A stretch of 28,731 nt of DNA, taken from the IMG/VR virus record IMGVR_UViG_3300023283_000088, positions 1 to 28,731 of that record; one strand, written 5' to 3'. Positions within the stretch are counted from its first letter, which is position 1, and every line of letters starts with the position of its first letter. The notes under the pieces were generated by a model. It saw only the letters and a program-made list of their open reading frames with translations, was not told the origin of the DNA and did not search any database. Origin of the DNA: a virus (taxonomy: Duplodnaviria; Caudoviricetes). The translations under genes and the position numbers were made by a program. This document shows positions 9,202 to 18,538 of the stretch, in pieces.

Positions 9202-9648
9202 TCAGGCGATCTCGATGGCTTCCACGCCGTGCGACGCGGCGGTCGGCTCGAGTTCGCCGGCCAAGTCGGCCACCGCCAGGACGCAGAGGTTGACGCCGGT
9301 GGTGCCGTCCGCGGCGGTCGCCTGCAGTTGCAGGTAGCGGTCGGTCCATTGGCTCATCGGGATGTACAGCTCGACGATCTCGTCGTCATCCGTGGCCGCC
9401 GGTTTGGCGGTCACGTCGTGTACATCGGTCGGCGTTCCGCCCAGCGTCGTGTCGTCGGTCTTGGTGTCCGACTGCTGCGCCTTGAGCGCCGAAAGGGCGG
9501 CGTCCATCGTGCCGGTGACGATATAGAACAGGACGCCGAGCGCGTTGTCGAAATCCTGCTTGTCGAGCACGTTGGCCGTGAAGGCGCCGTTGTCGACCAG
9601 CGCGGGGCTGATCGCGATCTTGGGTTTGGTTTTGTTCAGCAGATTCAT
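9202..9648 (-). CDS. putative capsid decoration/cement protein
   Basis: 148 aa, beta-rich, directly after the capsid gene; NVLDKQDF..., RYLQLQAT motifs; GGAG RBS. Confidence 0.6.
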   Translation of the reverse strand: MNLLNKTKPKIAISPALVDNGAFTANVLDKQDFDNALGVLFYIVTGTMDAALSALKAQQSDTKTDDTTLGGTPTDVHDVTAKPAATDDDEIVELYIPMSQWTDRYLQLQATAADGTTGVNLCVLAVADLAGELEPTAASHGVEAIEIA

Positions 9649-9670
9649 GTGAGTCTCCGTGTGATGGTGG

Positions 9671-9699
9671 AAACGCCGGCGGGCTGATTCCCGCCGGCG
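9671..9699 (-). terminator. GC-rich hairpin after the capsid gene (weak terminator or mRNA stabiliser)
   Basis: cgccggcggg-ctgatt-cccgccggcg 10-bp stem followed by only TTT on the minus strand. Confidence 0.5.
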
Positions 9700-9711
9700 G
9701 TCAGGGTGCTA

Positions 9712-11001
9712 TTACGACGCCGCCGTGATCAGACCGGTGACCGGACCGGCGGCGTCGGCCGTGCCGAGGTCGTGGTTGTTGATCGCGATGCGGCGGTAGC
9801 CGAGCACGGTCACCTGTCGCTCGGCGAACTTGTAGCTGCGGTCGGCGTCGACCGAGAGCTGACGGCGCTGGCCGACCGTCGAGCTGAGCCGCAGGTCGCC
9901 GTACAGCAGCGGGATCTGGCTGTTGGCCTCGGTCTTGGCCATCTTCTGCACGATGCGCACCGGGTCGCCGTTGAACATCAGCTGGCGCCGGCCCTCGATT
10001 TCGCCGGCGGTCACGCCACCGGCCGAGTGCATGAGCTTGACCAGAACCTGCGCGAAGTACGGCCGCGAGCAGTAGTACTTCGGATTGGACACGTAGGTGG
10101 GGAGGCCGCCCATCAGCTTGTCGTGATCGGCCTGGGTCAGCTCCGACCAGGCGTTGCCGGAGCCCAGCGTCAGTCCGCCGCCGTCGTCGACGCCGTTGAT
10201 GTCGATCAACTTGGGGATCACGCCGGTGAAGCCGTGGTAGGTCGACGACCCGTCGCCGTTGAACCCGTCGTCATCGCCGGCCTCGGCGAACGCCTGGGCG
10301 ATTTCCTGGGCGACCAGCTCGCCGATCGCAGGCAGGGCGTCTTCCTCCAGCGTGAGGGGGATGTAGGTCAGGGTGGCCAGTTCCTTCGGCACCAGGGTGA
10401 CGTTGCCGTAGGACGGATCCGACTGCGTCGGGGCGGAGCCCTCGCCGACGACGTAGACGGTCATGCCGCCGGTGCGGCGCATGAACGTGAGCGATTCGCC
10501 GCCCATGGGCATGGCGAACGCTTCGGCCTCGTACACGCCGAACTGTTCGACCAGGCGAATCAGGCGGCTGGAGAACTCCGGCATCAGCAGCGAGCCGTCG
10601 GACACAGAGTCCATCGCCCGCTTGTGGATGTCGGGGTAGTCCTTTTCGACGATCTCGCCGCAGCGTTTGGCGAACGCCTCGGCGCCGGGGATGTTCTTGC
10701 CGACCATGCGGCTCACGAACAGAGCGCCGAAGGCGCGGGCCTGGTCTTCGTTGTCGAAGTGACCGCGATACTGCCCGTTGTCGTTGTAGCTGGTGCGATG
10801 CACCTTGGCGATCTTGGCGTCGATGTCCTTGGCCAGGTCGTCGAACTGTTTTTCGAGCTCCTGTATCTGTTCCGGCGCCTTGATCAGGTCGCCGTCATCG
10901 GCCAGCTTGGTGAGCAGTTCATCGTAGCCGGTTTTCAGCGACGTGACGTTCTGCGCGATGTCTTTAATTTGCGTGTTCAGTTCCGTTGACATAACAGTCA
11001 T
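9712..11001 (-). CDS. major capsid protein, HK97 fold, with N-terminal coiled-coil scaffold (delta-like) domain
   Basis: DGSLLMPEFSSRLI, VGEGSAPTQSDPSYGNVTLVPKEL, LEEDA, DDDGFNGDGS and LLYGDL motifs of HK97-family capsids. Confidence 0.93.
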   Translation of the reverse strand: MTVMSTELNTQIKDIAQNVTSLKTGYDELLTKLADDGDLIKAPEQIQELEKQFDDLAKDIDAKIAKVHRTSYNDNGQYRGHFDNEDQARAFGALFVSRMVGKNIPGAEAFAKRCGEIVEKDYPDIHKRAMDSVSDGSLLMPEFSSRLIRLVEQFGVYEAEAFAMPMGGESLTFMRRTGGMTVYVVGEGSAPTQSDPSYGNVTLVPKELATLTYIPLTLEEDALPAIGELVAQEIAQAFAEAGDDDGFNGDGSSTYHGFTGVIPKLIDINGVDDGGGLTLGSGNAWSELTQADHDKLMGGLPTYVSNPKYYCSRPYFAQVLVKLMHSAGGVTAGEIEGRRQLMFNGDPVRIVQKMAKTEANSQIPLLYGDLRLSSTVGQRRQLSVDADRSYKFAERQVTVLGYRRIAINNHDLGTADAAGPVTGLITAAS

Positions 11002-11966
11002 CCTTGATTTTTGTTGAACAGTTTGTTGGCGTCGGCCAGTTGCCTGGCCACATTCGGATCGACGGTGGGATCGCCGCCGTCGTCGCCCTGGCGATCAAAC
11101 AACCGGTCATGAGCTTCGCGGCCTGCCACCTGGTCGAGGGCGTCTGCGATCCATCGCGACATCTGGCCTTCCAGCTCACGGTTGTGATTTTCGAGTTCCT
11201 GTTGAACGATGCGTCGAATCATGTTTTCATGGCTTTCGTCGCCGGATTGGCCGCCTTGGCTCTCCTGGTCGCTGTCGGCCAGCTGCTGCAGCCCCCGGAA
11301 TGACAGATCAAGCGCGTCAGCCAAACGCCTGAGCACTTCATCTGGGGGCCGAATGATCTCCCCGGACTCAATCTGTCCCACAGTGCTGGTATCGCGACCG
11401 ATGCGGCGGCCGAGCTCCTCTTGCGTCATGTCCAGTTCTTCGCGGCGTGCTTGAATCCGAGCGCCGAGCCGGCGGCCGCGATGGTGCATCCCATCGAACC
11501 CCATCACCACCAGCGCATCGGTGTTGGCCGGGATGGCGACCGAAGAGCATTCGACCAGCTCGACCTTGTCGAACACGCGGACGCGCCGCATCTCGCCTTC
11601 GACCTTCCGCTGCTCGAACGTGTCGGAATGCGCAATGAAGCCGACACTGAACGCCTTGCGGTGCCCGTCGCGATAGAGCTTCCAGTGCTCTTCGGCTTTC
11701 TCGGTGTCGGCGAAGATCGCCGTGCCTTCCAGGCCGCGCGAGGTGACGCGCACATTGCGCCAGTGTCCGATCTGCTTGGTGTGATCGTGATCAGCGAGCA
11801 GGACGGGGTTTTCCATGAATCGCGGCAGCAAATCGCGGAACGCTTTGGGGTCCACGACCTCGCCGTAACGATCGACCGTGTCGGTGGACATGACGGCGTC
11901 GACGGATCGCTGCTCGGTATCCACGCGCTTGACGCGCATCTGCCGGTTGATGATTCCAAATTTCAT
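10998..11966 (-). CDS. HK97-type prohead maturation protease fused to an XRE-family HTH domain
   Basis: True start likely ATG 11966 (ATGA overlap, GGAG RBS); protease motifs DRYGEVV, NPVLLADHD, AFSVGF, ELVECSSVAIPAN; then HTH LGARIQARREELDMTQEELGRRIGRDTSTVGQIESG. Confidence 0.9.
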   Translation of the reverse strand: MKFGIINRQMRVKRVDTEQRSVDAVMSTDTVDRYGEVVDPKAFRDLLPRFMENPVLLADHDHTKQIGHWRNVRVTSRGLEGTAIFADTEKAEEHWKLYRDGHRKAFSVGFIAHSDTFEQRKVEGEMRRVRVFDKVELVECSSVAIPANTDALVVMGFDGMHHRGRRLGARIQARREELDMTQEELGRRIGRDTSTVGQIESGEIIRPPDEVLRRLADALDLSFRGLQQLADSDQESQGGQSGDESHENMIRRIVQQELENHNRELEGQMSRWIADALDQVAGREAHDRLFDRQGDDGGDPTVDPNVARQLADANKLFNKNQG

Positions 11967-14290
11967 GACATGGGCTCCGGTTTGACGGGGGATTGTTTTT
12001 GGGGGTAGGTCATCCAGCCACGCTTCACGAGGGCATTGATCAGGTTCGCGTCGCGCACGCCATCGCCGGGGAAGCGGGAGATCACGGTGCATGTGCAGTT
12101 GACGACCTCGCCGGCCGGCAGGGAACCATCGCGCGGATGCAGGGCCGAGCCGCCAGGTGTGCGGTCACTCGGAGGCACGCGGAATCGTTCGTCCACGCCG
12201 ATGGGCTCGCTGATCGTGGTGCGCTCAACCGACAGGTGGTTGGCCCGCGCGGCGGCTTTGCGGCTGGAGATCCACGACTTGCCGGGAACCCCCGCTTGCT
12301 GACGCCCGAGGTGGTTGGCTTTTTCGACGGCGGCGCCGACCTCGGTCTGCGCGATCGTGCGCGCGCGATTGCTGGCGATGTTGAACTGCTCGCGAACCAT
12401 CTCACGCATCTGCTCGATCGTGTCGCCCTGCTCGGTCATGTCGGACAATCGACTGCTCAGGCGGCGAAACAGCGTGTCGTCGATGCCCTTGATTCGATTG
12501 GTCCGGGAGCGAATCGCATCGACCACCTGTGGGTCGGCGAGGTCGAACGCTTCGATGTCCTCGATGGAAACGCCATCGGCGTCGGCACGCTGCTTGCGGA
12601 TTTGGTCACCGCCGAACTGGAAGGCCTCCCTGAGAATCGGACCGGCGACCCGCAGCAGGTCTTCGTTGGCACGCGCGATGTCGAAGAGGATCTCGGCGAC
12701 CAGGTCACGCCGAATGACGACGCTTCGGATTTCCAGTCGCTGGAGATTGTCCAGCATCTCACGACGCAGCCGGCCAAAGTGCCCGCTGATCTTGCGCTCG
12801 AGCTGCCGGCGCAGCCCCTGCCAGCTGCGCCACCACGAATCCTGTATCCGATCAAGCTGCGACGCGGACAGTCGCCGAATGTGATCAGGCAGGGCCTGGC
12901 GGTCGAGCGGGTCGGCCGGCGGATCGTCTTCCGGAATCTCGGGGTCCTCATCTTCCGGCTGCTCAAGCTGATCCAGACCATCGAACGGCATCTTATTCAC
13001 CGGCACCCACGGCTGCGTCTGCGCGGGGTTGTCAGACAGACCAAGGTCGAGTAGTGCCCCGGCATGAGCCGGGGTCTCGAACAGATCGCTCACGTATCGA
13101 CTCGCGGTTTCGACGCGCTTGGCCATCAGGTCCTTCACGGCGTCGATCGCCGACGCGTCGAACCAGGCATAGAGCCGACGCCTGGATCGGCCGGCCCGGC
13201 GAAGCATCATCGCCGTGTGTTTCGGGGCCAACGCCTCACGCATCGATGATCGCATGCGCAGGGATGTGTCCTGCTCGAATGACCGCAAGATGCCCCGATC
13301 GAATTCGCCGGCCAGTCGCTTGGCCAGGGGAATCACGGTCCCGGTCCACATCGACTCAATCGCCTTGTCGAAAAACTCGCTGTTCGAACTGTTGTGCGGC
13401 TCGAACACCGCCGCCTGCTGCAGACCGAACGCGGCGCATATTTCCCCGCGGCTGATCAGCTTGAGCTCCTTAAACTCCATGTCCTTGAACGTGCTGCTGA
13501 TCTGCTTCCAATCCCACTCCCCGAACAGCAACAATGGCCGGCGGCGATTGCGAGGCCCGGCGTGGCGCTCGGTCAGTTCGTCGCGCAGGTGGCGGCGTTG
13601 GCTGTCACTGACCTCACCGTTCTTGTGCATCAACACGCCGCCTGGCTCAACGCCGTTATCCAGGCTGGCTTCGTTTGCGATCTCCGACTTGAGCACCTGC
13701 GCGATGGCACGACGCACCACATCCGCCGGCGACAGACCACTGGCCGGCCGATCGGCGTCAAACGATGGATTGCGAATCGTCCAGACCTGATCCAGGTCGA
13801 GCGGTTCGGCCTGGTCCCATCGCTGACCCGGTCGGCGATACAGCCAGCCGGTGACCTGCCCGGTGCCACGCTGCATGCCATCAGTGATCGGCCTCATTTG
13901 CGGGGCACCGACCGGGACCGCCGACAGCGGGCGCCGTCGCACCCGTGACTCGAACACCCAGTGCACGCGGCCGGAGAGCAAATACCAACCGACCGTCTGG
14001 AACCACCACTCTTCAATGCTCATCGAGGCGTTCGGCGAATCGAGCAGGTCGGCGATGGGCCCGGTCTCGATGATGCGATCGTCTTGCGTGGAAACGCAAA
14101 ACGGCATGGAGGCAAGACGTGACGCGATGGTGTTCACGCACGCGAAGACCGCCACCACGTGCTGGTATGGGTCGTCGATGCGAGCGGAATCGCCGAGCTT
14201 GCCGGCACGCCGAAAATGCTCGACGACTTCACCGATGCCGCCGCGAGTCAGCACACGCATGGCCAGGTTGATGCGAGAGAGAATGTTCAT
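11963..14290 (-). CDS. portal protein fused to a MuF/SPP1 gp7-like head morphogenesis domain
   Basis: Portal motifs VFACVNTIASRLASMP, GLSP, NGVEPGGVL, KDMEF, ICAAFG; C-terminal RARTIAQTEV, KSWIS, HPRDGSLPAGEVVNCTC. Confidence 0.88.
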   Translation of the reverse strand: MNILSRINLAMRVLTRGGIGEVVEHFRRAGKLGDSARIDDPYQHVVAVFACVNTIASRLASMPFCVSTQDDRIIETGPIADLLDSPNASMSIEEWWFQTVGWYLLSGRVHWVFESRVRRRPLSAVPVGAPQMRPITDGMQRGTGQVTGWLYRRPGQRWDQAEPLDLDQVWTIRNPSFDADRPASGLSPADVVRRAIAQVLKSEIANEASLDNGVEPGGVLMHKNGEVSDSQRRHLRDELTERHAGPRNRRRPLLLFGEWDWKQISSTFKDMEFKELKLISRGEICAAFGLQQAAVFEPHNSSNSEFFDKAIESMWTGTVIPLAKRLAGEFDRGILRSFEQDTSLRMRSSMREALAPKHTAMMLRRAGRSRRRLYAWFDASAIDAVKDLMAKRVETASRYVSDLFETPAHAGALLDLGLSDNPAQTQPWVPVNKMPFDGLDQLEQPEDEDPEIPEDDPPADPLDRQALPDHIRRLSASQLDRIQDSWWRSWQGLRRQLERKISGHFGRLRREMLDNLQRLEIRSVVIRRDLVAEILFDIARANEDLLRVAGPILREAFQFGGDQIRKQRADADGVSIEDIEAFDLADPQVVDAIRSRTNRIKGIDDTLFRRLSSRLSDMTEQGDTIEQMREMVREQFNIASNRARTIAQTEVGAAVEKANHLGRQQAGVPGKSWISSRKAAARANHLSVERTTISEPIGVDERFRVPPSDRTPGGSALHPRDGSLPAGEVVNCTCTVISRFPGDGVRDANLINALVKRGWMTYPQKQSPVKPEPMS

Positions 14291-15760
14291 GCCGATCCCT
14301 CCATCAATTCAGACCAGCGAAGTACACCGCCTGCGGCGACATGACGATGCCCCGCCCGAATCGCCAGGCCGGCGGAGTATGCGATGTCGCAGTGTGACTC
14401 GGGTAGCAGCGGGTTCTGGCCTTCGATCAGCTTCAAACGCGTCTTCGCTGCTTTAGCGCCTGGCGTGTCGTCCAGCAAGTCGCCCTCTCGCTGGATCGAG
14501 TAAAAGTCCTGCGCGATGTAATGGTGTTGCCGGCCAACCTCCGCCGACTCCGGCAGCGTCTGCGTGCCGTCACGGAACGCGGTGTAGATCGCCGATGCGA
14601 CTTCAGCCTTCCGCGCGCCGGCGAAGTTGACGCCTTCCCACCGGCCGGGGAACAGGCTTTCCATCGTCTCGTTGGAGTCCATGCCCAGCCCCGTTGAGTC
14701 GCCGCAGCATCGCGGCGCGGATAATCTGACGCTGCAGCTCAAAGCTCGTGTTGCTCATCACCACCAGCGATCGCAAGCGCTTGAAGTCCGGACGGCCGTC
14801 GTTGATCCAGAGGCTGGACAAGTGGCCGGTACGAGCGACATCCCAGCCGAGCTCCGGCCGGCCTTCCAGTTGGGAGAGGAAACTGAAAAACTCCGGCGTC
14901 CATCCAGCGTCGTTGTCGATGCGCAAAAAATCAAACGGCCGACCTTTGCCGCGCTGAACGGCTGCCATGATCTGCGCCATGGTCAGCAGCTTCTGCAGCG
15001 CACCCATCCACTTGCATTCGTATTCGCGCTGCCAGCCGATCTCATCGTTGTACCGACCTCGGAAGTCTTCGAGCGCTGCTTCCTGCTCGGCGCGGGTTTT
15101 CATCGGGTACGGCTTGTTGTCCTGATCGTAGAGCTGGAAGCCTTCCTCGAAGACGCTCTGGTAGATGTCGCAGAAGTTGACGCTGACCTGGTCATCGATG
15201 AACAGCTCGTAAGCCTTGGTGTCTTTGTCGCGTGGCGTGGTGATCCCGCAGACGCGGTAGCCGCGCGTGGTAAGCGGGAAGACCACACGCCAATGCTCGT
15301 AGCCGCCGCGGGGGAACAACGCCAGCTCGGTGAAGATGATGTTGCCGGTGTAGCCCGCGATCGTGTCGGGGTTGCGTCCCGGCAGCGAAACCACCCGGCC
15401 GCCGTTGGGCAGGAACAGCATGCGGGCGCGATGCGTAAACCAGAGATCAAGCTCTTCGTCGTACTCCTGGTATTCCTCGCCATCTTCGACGCGCATCTTG
15501 TCGCGCAGCTCCTGGGCGAGGTACCGGCTCCAAAACAGACACTTGTCAAACGTCTCATTGGCCTGCCGCTGGGTCAGCGAGATGATGTACCAGCTGGTAC
15601 CGCGCTCAGCCGCGTCGAGCACCGCGTCGCCGGCAGTGGTGAAGTCCTTGCCTTTCTGGCGATGCCAGATGGCCAGCTTGACCGCCGAGGAATCGGCAAG
15701 CCACCGTCGCTGCGAAAGGTCCAGGCGAATATCGATCTTTCCGACGTTCGCGACCATCAC
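14287..15760 (-). pseudogene. terL: Mu gp28-type terminase large subunit, split by a frameshift near 14705
   Basis: ATPase motifs HRQKGKD and NIIFTE plus nuclease LGWDVAR in ORF 14603-15760; remaining nuclease motifs GDSTGLG, EGVNF and HCDIAYS are in another frame (14287-14742). Confidence 0.8.
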
Positions 15761-16488
15761 GCAACACCCTCCATGCTGACCAGTTGATCTCGGATCGAGC
15801 GGATGAGTTCGGGGTCGACCTGATGGCCACGCTGGGCGGCGGACTCGACTTGGTCCACCTGCTTTTGGAGAGCTTTCAACTGCTCGTTGATGCGCGTGCG
15901 TTTGGCCGCTGCGTCGGCCTTGATCCGTTCGATGTCGGCTTCGAGCTTCTCCGCTTTGCGTTCGTGTTCTTCGACTTTGAGCTCGAACTCCTTGGCGCTC
16001 ATCAGCGCCCGCGTGTGCCCGTCGATCAGGCTGATCACCGAGCTGAGCTGCTTGCCCTGGAACGCGCCCAGGTCGTCGGCGGTGACCGCCTTCTCCGACG
16101 CCAGGCGCAGCAGCTGCGTCTTGAGCACCGTGGCCATGTTGTCCTGGCGGCCGGCCGTCGCCTCGTCGATCGCCAGCTCAGCGATGCGCAGGGCCTGGCT
16201 GCGGTACCTGGCGACAATCCGCTCGTAGCGATCGCGGAACTCCGTGGCGAATCGATAGAACGCGCTTTGCGAAATATGCCCCTCGCCGATCTCATCGTTG
16301 AGAAACTGCAGACCGTCCCCGATCGGACGCTCCGGATCGATCAAGATCAAGCCGAGGTCGATCTGCAGCGGCTTGTCGATCCCGACGACCGTCGAGCGAC
16401 TTTTGTCCGTGGCGAAGCTGTCGACGGTCTCGATGACCATGTCGATCTTCCCAGGCATCTTCGCAGTGGTGTTCGTCTGTGTGTTCAT
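15757..16488 (-). CDS. Mu gp27/DUF3486-like protein (putative small terminase)
   Basis: HISQSAFYRF helix motif, long C-terminal coiled coil, immediately upstream of the large terminase with overlapping stop/start. Confidence 0.7.
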   Translation of the reverse strand: MNTQTNTTAKMPGKIDMVIETVDSFATDKSRSTVVGIDKPLQIDLGLILIDPERPIGDGLQFLNDEIGEGHISQSAFYRFATEFRDRYERIVARYRSQALRIAELAIDEATAGRQDNMATVLKTQLLRLASEKAVTADDLGAFQGKQLSSVISLIDGHTRALMSAKEFELKVEEHERKAEKLEADIERIKADAAAKRTRINEQLKALQKQVDQVESAAQRGHQVDPELIRSIRDQLVSMEGVA

Positions 16489-16844
16489 GCGATGCGTTGA
16501 TCCGCGATCAGGGGGTCCACGTCGATCGCCTCTTCGATGAGCTGCACGCCCTTGGCCGTGATCTCATATTCCATGTGCGACATCGAAAAACGTTGATGCT
16601 TGTGTGTGCGTGTGTCTTTCTCGATCGCGTACCCGCCGACGACCAGGTCGCGCAGCAGGCGCAGCGTGTGCGGTTCGTCCTCGGGTCCGTCCGCCGCGGG
16701 GCGGCCGTAGCCGGCGAGCTCGTGCAGCGTGGCGCCGCTGGTCGCATGCTCGCCGCCACGTGCGGCGTGCAGGAGATCCAGCATCGAGCGGCGCAGGCGC
16801 TTGTCGCGGGTACGGCGGGCTTGTTCGAATTGCTCATGCGTCAT
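16485..16844 (-). CDS. winged-helix protein, Mu gp26-like
   Basis: RLRRSMLDLL...LLRDLVVGGY...YEITAKGVQLIE pattern; Mu-like position before gp27. Confidence 0.65.
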   Translation of the reverse strand: MTHEQFEQARRTRDKRLRRSMLDLLHAARGGEHATSGATLHELAGYGRPAADGPEDEPHTLRLLRDLVVGGYAIEKDTRTHKHQRFSMSHMEYEITAKGVQLIEEAIDVDPLIADQRIA

Positions 16845-17268
16845 TGTGTTCTTTCGCAAGTTTCAGCAGCGTTTTGAGATCTTCTTTCGACGCGCAGTTG
16901 GTCCGCATCCAATCCTTCAGATCGTCGATGCGGGCGTTGAATTTCAGCTCCAGCTCGTGATCACGCTTGGTCAGCGCCTCGAACGTGCCATCGCCATGGC
17001 TCAGACGCTTGGTGATCTGCTGGACGGTCGCCTCCAGCGGCGCGATGATCGTGTTCAGTCGGTGCTCGGCGATCTTGATTTCCTGCCGGATGGCCTCCTC
17101 GGCCTGCGTCTTGACCGTCTCCTCCAGCTTGTCGTACTTGTCGAATTTCTGCTTCATCCAGACCTGAAACGCGACGACCACGCAGTTGCCCAGGATGCTC
17201 GCCGACGCCATCGTGATCGGCAGCACTTCCGAAGCGGCCAGGCATGTGATTAAAATTGCGCAGGTCAT
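16834..17268 (-). CDS. membrane-anchored coiled-coil protein (Mu gp25-like position)
   Basis: AAGGA RBS, ATG 17268; hydrophobic N-terminus followed by heptad-rich helix. Confidence 0.6.
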   Translation of the reverse strand: MTCAILITCLAASEVLPITMASASILGNCVVVAFQVWMKQKFDKYDKLEETVKTQAEEAIRQEIKIAEHRLNTIIAPLEATVQQITKRLSHGDGTFEALTKRDHELELKFNARIDDLKDWMRTNCASKEDLKTLLKLAKEHNDA

Positions 17269-17368
17269 GGTCAGTTCCTTGCTTTTCGAAAACCACCCGG
17301 CCGGCGTCAACCGGTCGGGCGATGGTGGCCATTGCGTCCGTGCAACCCACCTGCCCACCTGTGGGCTG

Positions 17369-17869
17369 TCAGCCGCCGCTGCCGGGTGTGACGTTGACGG
17401 GCACCTCCGCGGTCGTCTCGGGGCCGGTCGGCGTCTGCGTCGAATCACCGGGGCTCTCAGCGGAACTGTCGCCCTCGGCCACGGTGGTCACGTGCAGGTC
17501 GCCGCCGACGAAAAAGAATTGTCCGCCGCTGGCGGCCACCGCCTTGCCGTTTTCGAGTTGCGTGATCTGCTGGGTGATGCTGGCGACGAGTCCCGTGTCG
17601 CCGTTCTCCCTGGCGATGACCAGGGCCTCACGCAGCTCGGTGAGTTTGGCATCGAGCGCCCGGGCGACGACGGTCGCGTCCTGGCTGTCGGCATCCTGCG
17701 TGGGCGACGGCGCGTCGATGCCGGCGAAGTTGCCGATCTGCTGCGGCGTCTGCTGGCGCTGGTCGCCCCAGCTGCCTCGATCCTCCGTAGCGGTCGCGCA
17801 CCCGCCGGTGGTCGTGAGGGCCAGGACGGCCGTGATCGTGAGCAGCGTGTTGACGATGTGGTGTCGCAT
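17369..17869 (-). CDS. predicted lipoprotein in the lysis region
   Basis: Signal peptide MRHHIVNTLLTITAVLALTTTGG-C with a lipobox-like Cys; AAAGGA RBS. Confidence 0.65.
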   Translation of the reverse strand: MRHHIVNTLLTITAVLALTTTGGCATATEDRGSWGDQRQQTPQQIGNFAGIDAPSPTQDADSQDATVVARALDAKLTELREALVIARENGDTGLVASITQQITQLENGKAVAASGGQFFFVGGDLHVTTVAEGDSSAESPGDSTQTPTGPETTAEVPVNVTPGSGG

Positions 17870-17912
17870 GTCCGAAGTCCTTTCGAAAGGGGTTTAGTAG
17901 GCGATTGAAAGC

Positions 17913-18128
17913 TCAGTCTTTGAGCGTGATTTTCGTGCGTGCTTTGGCTCGGCCGTAGATCACGACCAGCGAGCCAATGCCCAGCAGGATCGACTGCACG
18001 GCCGTCTGCGCTTCGGCCGACTCGGCCTGCGTGAGGTTGATCCCCAGGTGCGGGGCCACGGCGACGATCGCCACGCCGAGCGCGGCCATGATCGTCTTGC
18101 TTTTCCAGAACGGTTTGGTTTCAGGCAT
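17913..18128 (-). CDS. putative holin (2 TM, 71 aa)
   Basis: KPFWKSKTIMAALGVAIVAV...ILLGIGSLVVIYGRAKA is a small-holin pattern with a basic C-tail; AAGGA RBS. Confidence 0.7.
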   Translation of the reverse strand: MPETKPFWKSKTIMAALGVAIVAVAPHLGINLTQAESAEAQTAVQSILLGIGSLVVIYGRAKARTKITLKD

Positions 18129-18384
18129 GGCTTGTCCTTCGTCAGTGAGTGTGCTTTCGACACGACCGACAAGATGAGTGACCCGACACCGCCGACCGTT
18201 GAACATTTCTGTGCCAGGCGTGTGCATCCGATCGCTCATGACTGCGCCTCCACGATGCGGCGGTGGGGGTGGACGTAAAAACAGCGCACCGGCCGTGATG
18301 TGCCACGAATCGTGACGCCCGCATGACGCGCGGCGGTGGTGCGCTCGGCTCGGTGCGCTGTAGAGAGACCCGGGGCTCCCCCCC

Positions 18385-18443
18385 AAAAAAAACAAAAAAA
18401 CATCTCGCACATGCTTGACGCGCATATACGTGACGAGTATACT
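18385..18443 (+). promoter_or_regulatory. strong sigma70-type promoter with A-rich UP element
   Basis: TTGACG (18415-18420), 17 nt, TATACT (18438-18443); A8-C-A7 tract at 18385-18400. Confidence 0.8.
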
Positions 18444-18538
18444 TCGTGTAGTGGTCGGGAATGGCCCGGTCGCAAAAAATGGCCCCGGCGACGCGGCAAC
18501 GTCCCGAGGCCCGAACCCTGCTGACAAGGAGCAGAGTC

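Noticed and set aside
9706-10989. 427-aa plus-strand ORF opposite the capsid, and similar long plus ORFs at 581-1612, 11993-13054 and 14627-15787
   Set aside because: Antisense shadows of clearly identifiable structural genes
11967-12092. N-terminal extension of the protease ORF in the track (similar extensions at 7760-7885, 18240-18527, 20179-20268, 25719-25928)
   Set aside because: They overlap upstream genes or regulatory DNA; downstream starts have RBSs or stop-start overlaps
14690-14725. Programmed ribosomal frameshift in the terminase
   Set aside because: No slippery heptamer or homopolymer at the junction; deletion or assembly error is more parsimonious
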